64,000 nt of DNA from Longimicrobiales bacterium (GCA_036374995.1 DASUSS010000152.1:1123-65122), one strand, 5' to 3'; counted from the first letter of the stretch, positions 29,979 through 40,438 are shown. Translations and numbers: made by a program. The notes: a model not told the origin generated them from the sequence alone.

Positions 29979-31709
29979 TCACGCGGTCCGCGCCCTCCGT
30001 TTCAGCCACTCCCGCCGCACGAGCCACGCCGCCGCGAGCACGGCGAGCACCATCAGCGGTCCGGTCACCAGCATGAAGATCGCCCAGCGCCTGGTGCGAT
30101 CGAAAGCGCGGATGTCCTCGGCCTCGTCGCGGATCCGCGCGAGGTGACCGAGCACATCGGCGTAGCCGTACCACCAGGCGTAGTCCGGGCTCATGTGGAA
30201 CGCGCCCTTGTACGACTTGAGGTTCGAGAAGAAGAACATGTCGAAGTAATCGCGCTCGATGGCCGAGACGTTGAAGTACAGGCCTGCCGGCCAGTGCTGC
30301 GCGAAGCCGGTCGGCAGCTCGATCGCGCTGAAGCGCGGGCCGGGCAGCAGCCCGGCGGCGAGCTGGCCGTGCCCCGCCTCGATGAGGCCGTCATCGTAGA
30401 GCCGGCCGAGGATCGCGCGCGCGTCCACGACCAGTGCATCACCGGCGAGCTTGTGCGCGTCCGCCGAGCGCAGGTAGTCGCGCGCCTTCACCTCGGAGTG
30501 GCAGGTGATGCAGACCTTCACCATCTCGTTGCGCCTGGCCTGATTTTCCTCGAGCGTGAGCAGGTCGGTCAGCTCGCCCGCTGCCGCCTGCGTGCCCATG
30601 CCCCAGATGATCTTGCGCGTCATGTTGTGACTCGACGCGCGACCGCCCTGCTCGTCGACGTAGAGCATGTGGCAGTACGCGCACGTCGGTGTCTCCCATT
30701 CCGCCTCGGCGAGCGGAACTGTCCAGTCCCAGGAATCGCCACGCGCGGCATAGATCGATCCGTGCTTCGAGCTCATGTACGCCTCGTAGTTCGGATGGTC
30801 CGGGCCCATGTGACACGTGTAGCACGCCTCCGGCTTGCGCGCTTCGTCGAGGCTGAACGCATGGCGCGTATGACAGGCGATGCAGCCATTGCGGTACTGG
30901 AGACTGCTGGTATCGATGTATCGCATCAGCGAGTCGCTCCACAGCGTGTCCGCCGTGGCGCCGGCCTGGGCGTGACAGGGGTCGCAACCCATCTCCATGA
31001 CCTTACGCGGCATCTGCAGGTAGTTCGGCACGGCAATGTTGCGATCCCAGTTGATCCCGATGTCGCCCGGACCGGGGCCGTAGGAGTGACCCGCATCGAG
31101 CACGTGCTCCTGATAGATCGCGGGGTGGCAGGCCGCACAGCGCGTCTCCGACACGCGGCCCTTGCTGGCGGTGATCACGCTGTGATCGGTGCCGTGGCAG
31201 TCGGCGCACGTGAGCTGCGGCTGCGGGAAGTCCACGCGCGGGTTCTGGATGCCCCCCTGGCCCATGGCGCTGCCGGCGAACTGGCGCACGATCACGGGAT
31301 TGAGTGTGGCGTGGCACTCCGCGCACGAGGCCGCGGGCTGCTCGCCCGTGGGGACGTCGCGCCGGAGCGGGGGCGGTGCCGCGCCCAGCGCGCTGACGTA
31401 ATCGTAGATCGATCTGAGCTCGGCGTCGGAGACTACGGCGGCGGGGAATGCGGGCATGATCCCGCGTGGCTCACGCACCTGCGCCGTGAACTGATCGAAC
31501 GCGAGCGCAGTCCGCGCAAGTGTGGGACCCACGCCGCCCTGTGCGCTCGCGCCGTGGCAGCCGAGGCAGCCTCTGGCCGTGTAGAGCCACTCGCCGGACC
31601 CCGGTTCCTGACCGCGGAGATCCGCAGCGGTGGACGCAACGAGGACCGGTACCACGGTGATCGCCGTCCTTGCCGAAACCGCTCGGGAGACAATCCGTCG
31701 CATCTGCAT
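29979..31709 (-). CDS. Multihaem cytochrome c, hydroxylamine-oxidoreductase (HAO) family, fused to an N-terminal monohaem cytochrome c and a C-terminal TM anchor
   Basis: Nine CxxCH motifs (CLGCH, CAECH, CADCH, CAACH, CDPCH, CIACH, CYTCH, CAYCH, CITCH). HAO-type block CIACHTRHAFSLDEARKPEACYTCHMGPDHPNYEAYMSSKHG. GGAGG before ATG 31709. Confidence 0.85.
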   Translation of the reverse strand: MQMRRIVSRAVSARTAITVVPVLVASTAADLRGQEPGSGEWLYTARGCLGCHGASAQGGVGPTLARTALAFDQFTAQVREPRGIMPAFPAAVVSDAELRSIYDYVSALGAAPPPLRRDVPTGEQPAASCAECHATLNPVIVRQFAGSAMGQGGIQNPRVDFPQPQLTCADCHGTDHSVITASKGRVSETRCAACHPAIYQEHVLDAGHSYGPGPGDIGINWDRNIAVPNYLQMPRKVMEMGCDPCHAQAGATADTLWSDSLMRYIDTSSLQYRNGCIACHTRHAFSLDEARKPEACYTCHMGPDHPNYEAYMSSKHGSIYAARGDSWDWTVPLAEAEWETPTCAYCHMLYVDEQGGRASSHNMTRKIIWGMGTQAAAGELTDLLTLEENQARRNEMVKVCITCHSEVKARDYLRSADAHKLAGDALVVDARAILGRLYDDGLIEAGHGQLAAGLLPGPRFSAIELPTGFAQHWPAGLYFNVSAIERDYFDMFFFSNLKSYKGAFHMSPDYAWWYGYADVLGHLARIRDEAEDIRAFDRTRRWAIFMLVTGPLMVLAVLAAAWLVRREWLKRRARTA

Positions 31710-31800
31710 CCACCCCTCCATGCATGAAACGTCCACGTGGTCGGCCGCAGGTCAGCAGGCGCATGTACGGTCGAGGCAGCTCCGTCGCGGGATCCGTCGA

Positions 31801-33174
31801 TCAGAGCGGCGCGAACCGGGCGGTGAAGTGCCGCAGTACGGGCGCCTGGTGCACGATGCGGAAGCCGCGGATGCTCGCGCGGTTCCGCCACACTTCGCAG
31901 ATCACCTCGATCACGTAGTCGATGTGGCTCTGCGTATAGACGCGCCGCGGGATCGCCAGCCGGACCAGCTCGACGGGCGCCGTGGTCTCCGTGCCGGTGA
32001 CGGGATCGCGGCGCCCGAACATCACGGTGCCGATCTCGACGGCGCGGATACCGCCGGCGCGGTACAGCTCGGCGACGAGCGCCTGCCCGGGCAGCTCCGG
32101 CGGCGGCACGTGCGGCAGGAAGCCGGCGGCATCGATGTAGATCGCATGGCCACCCGGCGGCTGGATGATGGGAACGCCCGCCGCCGCGATGTGCTCACCC
32201 AGATAACGCACGGAGGCCAGGCGGTAGTTCAGGTAGTCCTCGTCCACGACCTCCTGGAGTCCGACTGCGATCGCGTCCAGGTCGCGGCCGGCGAGTCCGC
32301 CGTACGTCGGGAACCCCTCGGTCAGGATCAGCAGATTCGTCTCCTGCTCCGCGTGCCGGTCGTTGTTCGTGCTGAGGAGTCCGCCGATGTTCGCGAGACC
32401 GTCCTTCTTCGCCGAGAACGTGCAGCCATCGGCGTGTGAGAAGATCTCGCGCGCGATGTCGCGGACGGTCCGACCGGCATAGCCGCTCTCGCGCTCGCGG
32501 ATCAGGTACGCGTTCTCGGCGAAGCGGCACGCATCGATGTAGAACGGGATGCCGTGCGTGCGGCACACGTCGCGCACCGCACGGATGTTCGCCATGGATG
32601 CGGGCTGCCCGCCGCCCGAGTTGTTCGTCAGCGTAATCATGCAGAGCGGGATGCGCTCGGCGCCCACCTCACCGATCAGCGACTCGAGCGCCGCGACATC
32701 CATGTTGCCCTTGAACGGAAACTGCGACTGCATGTCGCGCGACTCCGTACACGGCAGGTCGACCGCGCGCGCGCCGACCGCCTCCACGTTCGCGCGCGTC
32801 GTGTCGAAGTGCGTGTTGTTCGGCACGACATCGCCCGGCCGGCACACCGTGCTGAACAGGATGCGCTCGGCCGCGCGACCCTGGTGGGTGGGTATGACGT
32901 GGCGGAACCCGAACAGATCGCGGACGGCCTGCTCGAACCGGTACCAGGACCGGCTGCCGGCGTACGCCTCGTCGCCGCGCATCACCGCGGCCCACTGCTC
33001 GCCGCTCATCGCGGACGTGCCGCTGTCGGTGAGCAGATCGATCAGCACATCCTCCGAGCGTAGCAGGAAGACGTTGTAGCCCGCAGTGCGCAGGAACTCC
33101 CCGCGTTCCGATTGCGTAGTCATGCGGATGGGCTCGACGGCCTTGATGCGGAACGGCTCGATGATCGTTTTCAT
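31801..33174 (-). CDS. tnaA: Tryptophanase (beta-eliminating lyase family)
   Basis: EPFRIK, DLLTDSGT, IPTHQGR, PLP-Lys SAKKD, EGFPTYGGL, VLRHFTARF. Closer by eye to TnaA than to tyrosine phenol-lyase. Confidence 0.85.
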   Translation of the reverse strand: MKTIIEPFRIKAVEPIRMTTQSERGEFLRTAGYNVFLLRSEDVLIDLLTDSGTSAMSGEQWAAVMRGDEAYAGSRSWYRFEQAVRDLFGFRHVIPTHQGRAAERILFSTVCRPGDVVPNNTHFDTTRANVEAVGARAVDLPCTESRDMQSQFPFKGNMDVAALESLIGEVGAERIPLCMITLTNNSGGGQPASMANIRAVRDVCRTHGIPFYIDACRFAENAYLIRERESGYAGRTVRDIAREIFSHADGCTFSAKKDGLANIGGLLSTNNDRHAEQETNLLILTEGFPTYGGLAGRDLDAIAVGLQEVVDEDYLNYRLASVRYLGEHIAAAGVPIIQPPGGHAIYIDAAGFLPHVPPPELPGQALVAELYRAGGIRAVEIGTVMFGRRDPVTGTETTAPVELVRLAIPRRVYTQSHIDYVIEVICEVWRNRASIRGFRIVHQAPVLRHFTARFAPL

Positions 33175-33268
33175 GAACGCGCTGCCTGTCCCGGTTGAGG
33201 GTGACGTATTCTATCGCCCGGGCGCGGGACATGCATCACGGCTCTGCGACGTCAACCGGGGAGCGGGC

Positions 33269-33760
33269 ATGGAGCGGGAGGATTCGCTGGTGCTCACGCT
33301 GATGCGTGAGCTGGATGACATCACCGTCGCCGACCGGATTCGGCAGGCGACGGACCTGCGCGTTCAGAGCCGGATCGATGCGGACATCATCGAGCGTGTC
33401 GCGTGCTACGTCGGGGCGCCTCGCCAATTGCTCACGGACCGACTCGCCGCGCTCGAGCAGGAGTGGAACATCGAGCGCGTGCTCACGCTCCAGTCTTCGG
33501 CCACGGCGATCGCCGGCGTCCTGCTGGCGGCACGGGGCAGCCGGCGCTGGACGCTCCTCACTCTGGTGACGTCCGGGTTCCTCATGCAGCACGCGCTCCG
33601 GGGGTGGTGTCCGCCGCTCGCACTGCACCGGCGCCTTGGGTTCCGCACCCAGCGCGAGATCGATCTCGAGATCCACATGCTGAAGCTGCTGCGCGGCGAC
33701 TACGAAGGCCTGCCGGCGAACGTCGCGCCAACCTCGTTCCGGGAGTGGCGCGTACTCTGA
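33269..33760 (+). CDS. Hypothetical membrane protein (DUF2892/YgaP-like C-terminal part)
   Basis: ATG chosen inside ORF 33086..33760. Two hydrophobic segments followed by GWCP. Confidence 0.5.
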   Translation: MEREDSLVLTLMRELDDITVADRIRQATDLRVQSRIDADIIERVACYVGAPRQLLTDRLAALEQEWNIERVLTLQSSATAIAGVLLAARGSRRWTLLTLVTSGFLMQHALRGWCPPLALHRRLGFRTQREIDLEIHMLKLLRGDYEGLPANVAPTSFREWRVL

Positions 33761-33865
33761 AGCGCTGCCGCACGCTCGCTGACTCGTCCCCTTGTGCCGG
33801 TCGGGCGGCGGTCGGATACTGTCGCGGCAACAATGGTCCTTTTCCCGACGACGCGGCCCGCCGGA

Positions 33866-35590
33866 ATGTCCGATCTCGAGAGACTGCTGCGCGAGCGGCT
33901 CGCGCCCGCGTTCGCGGAGGTTGCGGGCGAATCCGCAGACCCCGCGCTGCGGCGCTCGCAGCATGCCGACTTCCAGGCGGACGGCGCGCTCGCTCTCGCC
34001 CGCCGGCTGCGCGCGAAGCCGCGCGAGGTCGCGGAACGGGTCGTCGCAGCCGCACGGCTCGACGATGTCTGTGCCGCGGTCGACATCGCGGGACCCGGAT
34101 TCATCAACCTGACCGTCCGTGATGAGGTGCTCGGCCGGGGCGTGGCCGCGCTGCTGGGCGATGCGCGTCTGGGCGTTCCCGGGGCGGCCGAATCCGACAC
34201 GATCGTCGTCGACTACTCCGCGCCGAACGTCGCGAAGGAGATGCACGTCGGTCACCTCCGCTCGACCGTCATCGGCGATGCTGCCGTTCGACTGCTGGAG
34301 TGGCTCGGCCACCGTGTGGTGAAGGCGAACCACATCGGCGACTGGGGCACGCCGTTCGGCATGCTGATCGAGCACCTCCTCGACATCGGCGAGGCCGAGG
34401 CGACGCACGAGCTCTCGGTCGGCGACCTCGACGCGTTCTACAAGGCGGCGCGCCGCAAGTTCGATGCGGATCCGGACTTCGCGGAGCGTGCCCGGCGCCG
34501 GGTCGTCGCGCTACAGGCCGGAGACACGCAGACGCGGCAGGCATGGCAGCTCCTCGTCGGGCAGTCCGAAACGTATTTCCTGTCCGTGTACGAGCGGCTG
34601 CACGTGCGGCTCGGCCCGGACGACTTCGCCGGCGAGAGCATGTACAATGACCTGCTCCAGCCGGTGGTCGATGAGCTGACGCGACTGGGCCTGCTGCGCG
34701 AGAGCGAAGGAGCGCTCTGCGCGTTTCCGGAGGGATTCGTGAACCGCGACGGCGAGCCGCTGCCGCTGATCGTGCAGAAGAGCGACGGCGGCTTCGGTTA
34801 TGCTGCCACGGATCTGGCCGCGATCCGATACCGCGTGCAGCAGCTGGGCGCCGCGCGCATCCTGTACGTCGTCGGGCTGCCGCAGCGGCAGCACCTGGCG
34901 ATGATCTACGAGACCGCGCGCGAGGCCGGCTGGCTGTCCGGCCGTGCGCGCGCGGAGCACATCGGGTTCGGCTCCGTGCTCGGCGCGGACGGCCGCATGC
35001 TGCGCAGCCGTGCGGGTGGATCGGTCAAGCTGATCGAGCTGATCGACGAGGCGGTCGCGCGCGCGGCGGTGGTCGTTGCGGAGAAGAATCCCGCGCTGGA
35101 CGAGACGACGCAGCGGCAGGTCGCGGACATCGTGGGTGTCGGCGCCATCAAGTATGCCGACCTGTCGACGGATCGCACGCGCGACTACGTGTTCGACTTC
35201 GACCGCATGCTCTCGTTCGATGGCAACACGGGGCCGTATCTCCAGTATGCCCACGCACGCATCAGCTCGATCACCCGCAGATCGGACACGCCACCGCCGC
35301 GCGCGCTGGATGCGGTGGCGCTCGGCCATGCGGCGGAGCGGGACCTGGCGCTGGAGCTGCTCGGGTTCCATGGCGTGCTCGATGACGCCGCCGCGTCGCT
35401 CGAGTTCCACCGCCTCGCCGCGTACCTCTACGGTCTGGCGACCCGCTTCAGCAGCTTCTACGAGCAGTGTCCGGTGCTGCGTGCGGACGCCGGCACGCGC
35501 GCGAGTCGTCTCGTGCTCTGCGACGTGACCGCGCGCACGCTCGCGCTCGGACTCGGCCTGCTCGGCATCGACGTGCCCGAGCAGATGTAG
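33866..35590 (+). CDS. argS: Arginine--tRNA ligase
   Basis: Class I HIGH variant VAKEMHVGHLRS. Length and C-terminal anticodon-binding region ending in M are typical of ArgS. Confidence 0.9.
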   Translation: MSDLERLLRERLAPAFAEVAGESADPALRRSQHADFQADGALALARRLRAKPREVAERVVAAARLDDVCAAVDIAGPGFINLTVRDEVLGRGVAALLGDARLGVPGAAESDTIVVDYSAPNVAKEMHVGHLRSTVIGDAAVRLLEWLGHRVVKANHIGDWGTPFGMLIEHLLDIGEAEATHELSVGDLDAFYKAARRKFDADPDFAERARRRVVALQAGDTQTRQAWQLLVGQSETYFLSVYERLHVRLGPDDFAGESMYNDLLQPVVDELTRLGLLRESEGALCAFPEGFVNRDGEPLPLIVQKSDGGFGYAATDLAAIRYRVQQLGAARILYVVGLPQRQHLAMIYETAREAGWLSGRARAEHIGFGSVLGADGRMLRSRAGGSVKLIELIDEAVARAAVVVAEKNPALDETTQRQVADIVGVGAIKYADLSTDRTRDYVFDFDRMLSFDGNTGPYLQYAHARISSITRRSDTPPPRALDAVALGHAAERDLALELLGFHGVLDDAAASLEFHRLAAYLYGLATRFSSFYEQCPVLRADAGTRASRLVLCDVTARTLALGLGLLGIDVPEQM

Positions 35591-35595
35591 GCGGA

Positions 35596-36633
35596 TCAGC
35601 GGGACAGCCGGTCGAGCAGCCGGTCGAGTGCGATGCTGCCCGGAAGTGCATCCGCGATCGCGGCGATCTCCTCCGCCTCGCGCCACGCGGCCTCCAGCGC
35701 CGCGAGCTCACCCTCCAGTGCACGGCGCTCCGACTCCTCGTTCAACGCCATCTCGAAGACGAGTGACTCGGGACCCTTGAGCACTCGCGGATCGCTGCCC
35801 GCGTGCCGTCCCAGCGCGGCGCCGCCCGCCGCGGCCCTGCGCAGCACCTCTTCCGCCGAGCCCATCTGCGCGAGCAGGCGGTCTGCCTCGTTCAGTTTCG
35901 CACGTGTTGCACCGGACTTGTTGACGTGCACCATCGCGCGCGCGAGCAGCCCGCGAGCAGACGCGCCGGCCACCACCGCGATGTCCGTCGAAGCCTTCCG
36001 CACGTTGCCACTCCACGCGGACGGCTTGTCGCGATGGGCATCACGGATGTGGACTTCCAGGTTGCCCGTCCAGCCGGCGTCCAGATGCATTCCATCGACA
36101 TGGAAACGGCGGATGACGAGACCGGCGCCCGAGTCTGCACGATCCGGAATGCGGTAGACGATCCTGCGCTGGCGCCGGTTCTCCCACCAGCGGCTGACAC
36201 CCATGAGCCCCGCAATGCCGACACCGGTGGCCTGGAGACCACCCCAGAAGGCGACCGTCGCACCGGCGCTCAGCGCACCGGTGATGAGGTATCGCTTGCG
36301 TCGACGGAGCAGCTGGGTCCCGTAGCGCCACGCCGCGAGCTCGCCGGGCACCGCGCCGCCGACGCGGACGAAGCGCGTGCCGTCGGGGAGCCGGGCGAGG
36401 CCGACGTTCTCCGACTGCACGCGGAGCCGCGCGTCGCGGTAGAGCTTCTCGGCGGCCTCCACGGTCTCCCACCGCTCCTCGATCGGAGCGAGGTTCCACC
36501 GCCCACACACGGGACACACGGCCCAGAGCCGGCCCTTCCACGCGTCGAACGCGATCTGCCGGCCGACCGGGAACGACTCGAGCGCCTCGTTCGCGCCGAG
36601 CTCCGCGGAGCAGAAGATGCAGCTGCGGTACAT
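35596..36633 (-). CDS. Hypothetical protein with N-terminal CxxC...CxxC zinc-ribbon and two TM helices
   Basis: CIFC...CPVC within the first 45 aa. Central hydrophobic pair. Helical acidic C-terminus. Confidence 0.55.
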   Translation of the reverse strand: MYRSCIFCSAELGANEALESFPVGRQIAFDAWKGRLWAVCPVCGRWNLAPIEERWETVEAAEKLYRDARLRVQSENVGLARLPDGTRFVRVGGAVPGELAAWRYGTQLLRRRKRYLITGALSAGATVAFWGGLQATGVGIAGLMGVSRWWENRRQRRIVYRIPDRADSGAGLVIRRFHVDGMHLDAGWTGNLEVHIRDAHRDKPSAWSGNVRKASTDIAVVAGASARGLLARAMVHVNKSGATRAKLNEADRLLAQMGSAEEVLRRAAAGGAALGRHAGSDPRVLKGPESLVFEMALNEESERRALEGELAALEAAWREAEEIAAIADALPGSIALDRLLDRLSR

Positions 36634-36673
36634 GCATCGAATATAATGATGCCGACCGCAGCAGTGCCCGGCT

Positions 36674-37348
36674 CTACTGCATCAGCATCTCGCCCGTATC
36701 CTCCCAGCGCCAGTGCCGCAGGATCGTGTGCAGGCGTGGCGGCAGCCCGTCGCCATACTCGACAGGATAGTTGCGGACCACATGGAAGTACGTGTCGCCG
36801 TGCTGCGCGACCGTGACGCTGCCGGTGAAGTTCGTGCGGTCTGCCGCGATGTAGCGGAATGCGGTCGTCTCGAGTGCCCATGCCGGTCGCTCCGCCGGCA
36901 CGACCTCGTGCTCCTCGGCGGCGCTGCTCCGCATCAGCTCGTCCAGGATGTCCGCGGCGGCCGGGCGGTCGGCGGCCGACGGATGCACGTGCACGAGCAT
37001 GTATGCATGCGGATTCACGGTGCCGCCGAACGCTGCTACGAACCGCACGCTCCCCGCCTCGTCGAACTCCGAGCGCATGCCCGGCGGCACGTACGTCGAG
37101 AACGGGACGGCAAACCCGGCGGGTGCGGTCACGAGCTGCAACGTCTCGATGACCGGCATGCCCTCGACCATGACCGTGTCCTGGCGCGTGGCCGATCGCG
37201 CAGGCGGCCTCGCATCGGCCGGCGGTGCCGGCGCGGGGGCGCGGTCATCACCCGGCGGCGTCACGTCCGGCGCCGGGGGAGCCGCTCCATTCTCGGTCGT
37301 ACCGCACGCGGCGGAGAGCAGGAGAGCAGTCATCAGGAATGTCCGCAC
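36674..37348 (-). CDS. Hypothetical lipoprotein
   Basis: MRTFLMTALLLSAACG lipobox followed by a Pro/Ala-rich linker. Confidence 0.55.
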   Translation of the reverse strand: MRTFLMTALLLSAACGTTENGAAPPAPDVTPPGDDRAPAPAPPADARPPARSATRQDTVMVEGMPVIETLQLVTAPAGFAVPFSTYVPPGMRSEFDEAGSVRFVAAFGGTVNPHAYMLVHVHPSAADRPAAADILDELMRSSAAEEHEVVPAERPAWALETTAFRYIAADRTNFTGSVTVAQHGDTYFHVVRNYPVEYGDGLPPRLHTILRHWRWEDTGEMLMQ

Positions 37349-37461
37349 GCCGACACCTCCATGGATCGCGGAATTCTGTGAGTCCGGTGTCCAATGCGAG
37401 ATCCGGGCCGCGTGGTACGACTGATGCGACCTGCCGGTCGTACCCGAGCGAGGAGGACAGG

Positions 37462-37743
37462 ATGCGGGAGCTGTTTCACGCCGATGGCGACACGTGGCGC
37501 GTGTCGAGCGACACGCATGACACGCACCGGGCGGTGCACACCGTGGTGTTCCACTGCGTCAGCAACAGCCAGCGGCCGTATCGCGTCGTCGAGTTTCCCG
37601 ATGCGGCACTCGAGGGGCGGGACGTCGAGGAGATGGGCGAGCATGAGCTCACCGAGCTGTTCGGCCGCTCGCACACCATGGACTACAGCCACGACACTGC
37701 GGCCGAGCCCGAGAGTCACGGATACGGGGATCCGCCGTTGTAA
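37462..37743 (+). CDS. Hypothetical small protein
   Basis: GAGGAGG 5 nt upstream of ATG 37462. 93 aa. Confidence 0.4.
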   Translation: MRELFHADGDTWRVSSDTHDTHRAVHTVVFHCVSNSQRPYRVVEFPDAALEGRDVEEMGEHELTELFGRSHTMDYSHDTAAEPESHGYGDPPL

Positions 37744-37771
37744 GCGGTCGTGTCCCGCTACCGTCCCTGGA

Positions 37772-38314
37772 TCAGAGCAGTCCCTCGTAGACCGGATTGG
37801 TCACGATCTCGCCAGTCTCGTCGAGGACGTGGCGGTCCCACGGGAACACGACGGTGGCGCTGGTCTCGAGCGCGTGGTAGTCGGGCTTGTAGCCGCCGAC
37901 CTTCACGAGACTCGTGGCCGTGCGGATCTCGGCGGGCGAGACCTGGCGCAGCGCGTTGAGCGCGAGGCGCATCGTGTCGCCGGACGTGCAGATCTCGTCG
38001 ACGATGAGCACGCGGCGGCCGGCGGCCTCCTTCGGCGCGGCCGACAGGATCTTCGGCCGGACGCGGGAACGGAGGCCGCCGGTGTCGCGGCTGATCTTGA
38101 GCGAGTAGAAGTCGCAGCGGAGAATCGAGGCGACCACGGCGCCCGGGATCACGCCCGCCTTCGCGATTCCCACGACGATCTCCGGCTGGTACCGATCGGT
38201 GGCGACCTTCACGGCGAGCACGCGGCAGAGCTCGCCGAAGAACTCCCACGACAGCTCGAGGAACTCCGTTTCCGGCATTCCACGGGCACGCTTGGCGTTC
38301 ATCGGCAGGGGCAT
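37772..38314 (-). CDS. Phosphoribosyltransferase (type I PRTase fold)
   Basis: PRPP-binding loop RRVLIVDEICTSGDT. Confidence 0.75.
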   Translation of the reverse strand: MPLPMNAKRARGMPETEFLELSWEFFGELCRVLAVKVATDRYQPEIVVGIAKAGVIPGAVVASILRCDFYSLKISRDTGGLRSRVRPKILSAAPKEAAGRRVLIVDEICTSGDTMRLALNALRQVSPAEIRTATSLVKVGGYKPDYHALETSATVVFPWDRHVLDETGEIVTNPVYEGLL

Positions 38315-38401
38315 GGCGACCTTCCTCCGCAGGCTGGGCCCGCCAACTTAGCCGATGGGCCGACCGGACGAAAGCGGCGGGCCGCGAGTTGACACGGTGC
38401 G

Positions 38402-38860
38402 GTGCCGCGGGCATTCTGCCGCGCCATGGATTCCGACCTCCGGTCCCGCGCGGAGGCCCGTCTCGCCGATGCCGCCCGCGCCCGCGGCCTCGCCGATCCG
38501 AGGCCGCCCTTCCGGGAACGGCTGCGGCTGCTGAAGCAGGCGCACCCGGCCGCGTTCGATCGCGCCATCGAGCATTACGAGCAGCGCGTCCTCCCGGCGC
38601 TGGTCGAGGAAGAGCCGCTACCCGTGTGGATCGAGTACGGCCGCTTCCTCGGATCGCTCACGGCCGCAGGCGCGGTCACGGCCATAGACGAGTCCGGCCG
38701 GGCCACGCAGTGGGCACCGGCCGCTCGAGCCTCGCTCGTCCTGTTCATCCCGGAAGACACGGCTTCGGACGTGATGATCCTGGCGCAGCCCGCCGAGCCG
38801 AGTCCCGCCCAGAGCGCGACTGCCGCCCTGCTCGTGCAGCGCGCCCTGAAGCTGGAGTGA
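38402..38860 (+). CDS. Hypothetical protein
   Basis: ORF track only. Coding-like composition. Start uncertain (38402 or 38426). Confidence 0.4.
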   Translation: MPRAFCRAMDSDLRSRAEARLADAARARGLADPRPPFRERLRLLKQAHPAAFDRAIEHYEQRVLPALVEEEPLPVWIEYGRFLGSLTAAGAVTAIDESGRATQWAPAARASLVLFIPEDTASDVMILAQPAEPSPAQSATAALLVQRALKLE

Positions 38861-38904
38861 CACGGAGCCGACGTGCTCGTCGCACGCTCACTCCGCTTCT
38901 CCCG

Positions 38905-40155
38905 CTATCCTCGCGCCATGCTGTCGAGGAACTCCTTGTTCGTCTTCGTGCGGCGCATGCGATCGAGCAGGAACTCGAGCGCTTCGGCGGGTGGCATGTC
39001 GGCGAGGAAGTTCCGCAGCAGGTAGACGCGGTTCAGCTCGACCTCGTCCATGAGCAGCTCTTCCTTGCGCGTGCCGGACCGGTTGATGTCGACGGCGGGG
39101 AAGATGCGCTTGTCGGCAATGTGGCGGTCGAGGACGACCTCCATGTTGCCCGTGCCCTTGAACTCCTCGAAGATCACCTCGTCCATGCGCGAGCCCGTCT
39201 CGATCAGGGCCGTCGCAATGATCGTGAGCGAGCCGCCCTGGTCGATGTTGCGCGCGGCGCCGAAGAAGCGCTTCGGCTTGTGCAGTGCGTGAGCGTCGAC
39301 ACCGCCGGACAGGATCTTGCCCGAGTGCGGCACCGTCACGTTGTAGGCGCGGGCGAGACGCGTGATCGAGTCGAGCAGGATGACGACGTCGCGGCCGTGC
39401 TCCGTCAGGCGCTTCGCCTTCTCGATCACCATCTCGGCGACCTGCGTGTGGCGGTCGGCCGGCTCATCGAACGTCGACGAGATCACTTCGGCGCTGACGT
39501 GCTCCTCCATGTCCGTTACCTCCTCGGGCCGCTCGTCGATGAGCAGCACAATGAGGTGGACCTCCGGGTGGTTCTCGATGATGGAGTTGGCGATCTGCTG
39601 CATGAGCATCGTCTTGCCCGCCTTAGGCGGCGAGACGATCAGCCCCCGCTGTCCCTTGCCGATCGGCGTCATCAGATCCATGAGCCGCATCGACAGACTG
39701 CCCGTCGAGTTCTCCAGCTTCAGCCGCTCCTCCGGATAGCGCGGCCGCAGGTTGTCGAATGCGATCCGATGCTTCGCCTTCTCCGGATCGTCACCGTTGA
39801 CCTGCTCGACCTTCAGCAGCGCCAGGTACCGCTCACCCTCCTTCGGCGGTCGCACCTGGCCCATGACCGTGTCACCCGTGCGCAGGTCGAAACGCTTGAT
39901 CTGCGACGGACTCACGTAGATGTCGTCGGGGCCGTACAGGTAGTTCCAGTCCTGCGATCGCAGGAAGCCGTATCCCTCGGGTAGGATCTCGAGCACACCC
40001 TCGCCGCGCAGCACGACGTCGCTGTCGAGGAGGTTCTGTTCGATACGGAAGATCAGGTCCTGCTTACGCAGTCCGGAATAGTTCGAGATATTGAGCTCCT
40101 CCGCCATCTCGTGCAGCTCGGCTATGGATTTGCTCTTCAGTTCGGCGATGTCCAC
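38905..40155 (-). CDS. rho: Transcription termination factor Rho
   Basis: N-terminal [21 protein letters not shown]-binding [14 protein letters not shown], Walker A PPKAGKT. Confidence 0.95.
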   Translation of the reverse strand: MDIAELKSKSIAELHEMAEELNISNYSGLRKQDLIFRIEQNLLDSDVVLRGEGVLEILPEGYGFLRSQDWNYLYGPDDIYVSPSQIKRFDLRTGDTVMGQVRPPKEGERYLALLKVEQVNGDDPEKAKHRIAFDNLRPRYPEERLKLENSTGSLSMRLMDLMTPIGKGQRGLIVSPPKAGKTMLMQQIANSIIENHPEVHLIVLLIDERPEEVTDMEEHVSAEVISSTFDEPADRHTQVAEMVIEKAKRLTEHGRDVVILLDSITRLARAYNVTVPHSGKILSGGVDAHALHKPKRFFGAARNIDQGGSLTIIATALIETGSRMDEVIFEEFKGTGNMEVVLDRHIADKRIFPAVDINRSGTRKEELLMDEVELNRVYLLRNFLADMPPAEALEFLLDRMRRTKTNKEFLDSMARG

Positions 40156-40408
40156 GGATCACTCCGATTGTGCATGGTATGAACGACAGGCGAGCGACGC
40201 CGTCCTCGGGATTGCGCAGATTGCTGTCGGGACGGAACTCTACAATCGACCAGGAAAAGGTCGGCGCGTGGCTCGCGCCTCCGTGCTGCGGGAGGTTCTC
40301 GTCGCGGGTTATGCGATCAGTCTACCACGGCGGAAATCGGGGGTCAAGAGTCGCGTTGCCGTATGAATCGCAAGGATCGTACTTGATCCCGAACGGTGGC
40401 GCGGGAGC

Positions 40409-40438
40409 TTGACAGGTCTCGGGCGGCTCCAGAAATAT
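40409..40438 (+). promoter_or_regulatory. Candidate sigma70-like promoter (TTGACA - 18 nt - AAATAT)
   Basis: Perfect -35 hexamer at 40409..40414. The -10 is weaker. Lies about 40 nt upstream of the ATG at 40477. Confidence 0.3.

Noticed and set aside
37772-38314. PRTase as a retron-type defence effector
   Set aside because: No reverse transcriptase, msr/msd-like inverted repeats or partner effector in the neighbourhood. A stand-alone salvage or unknown PRTase is more likely.
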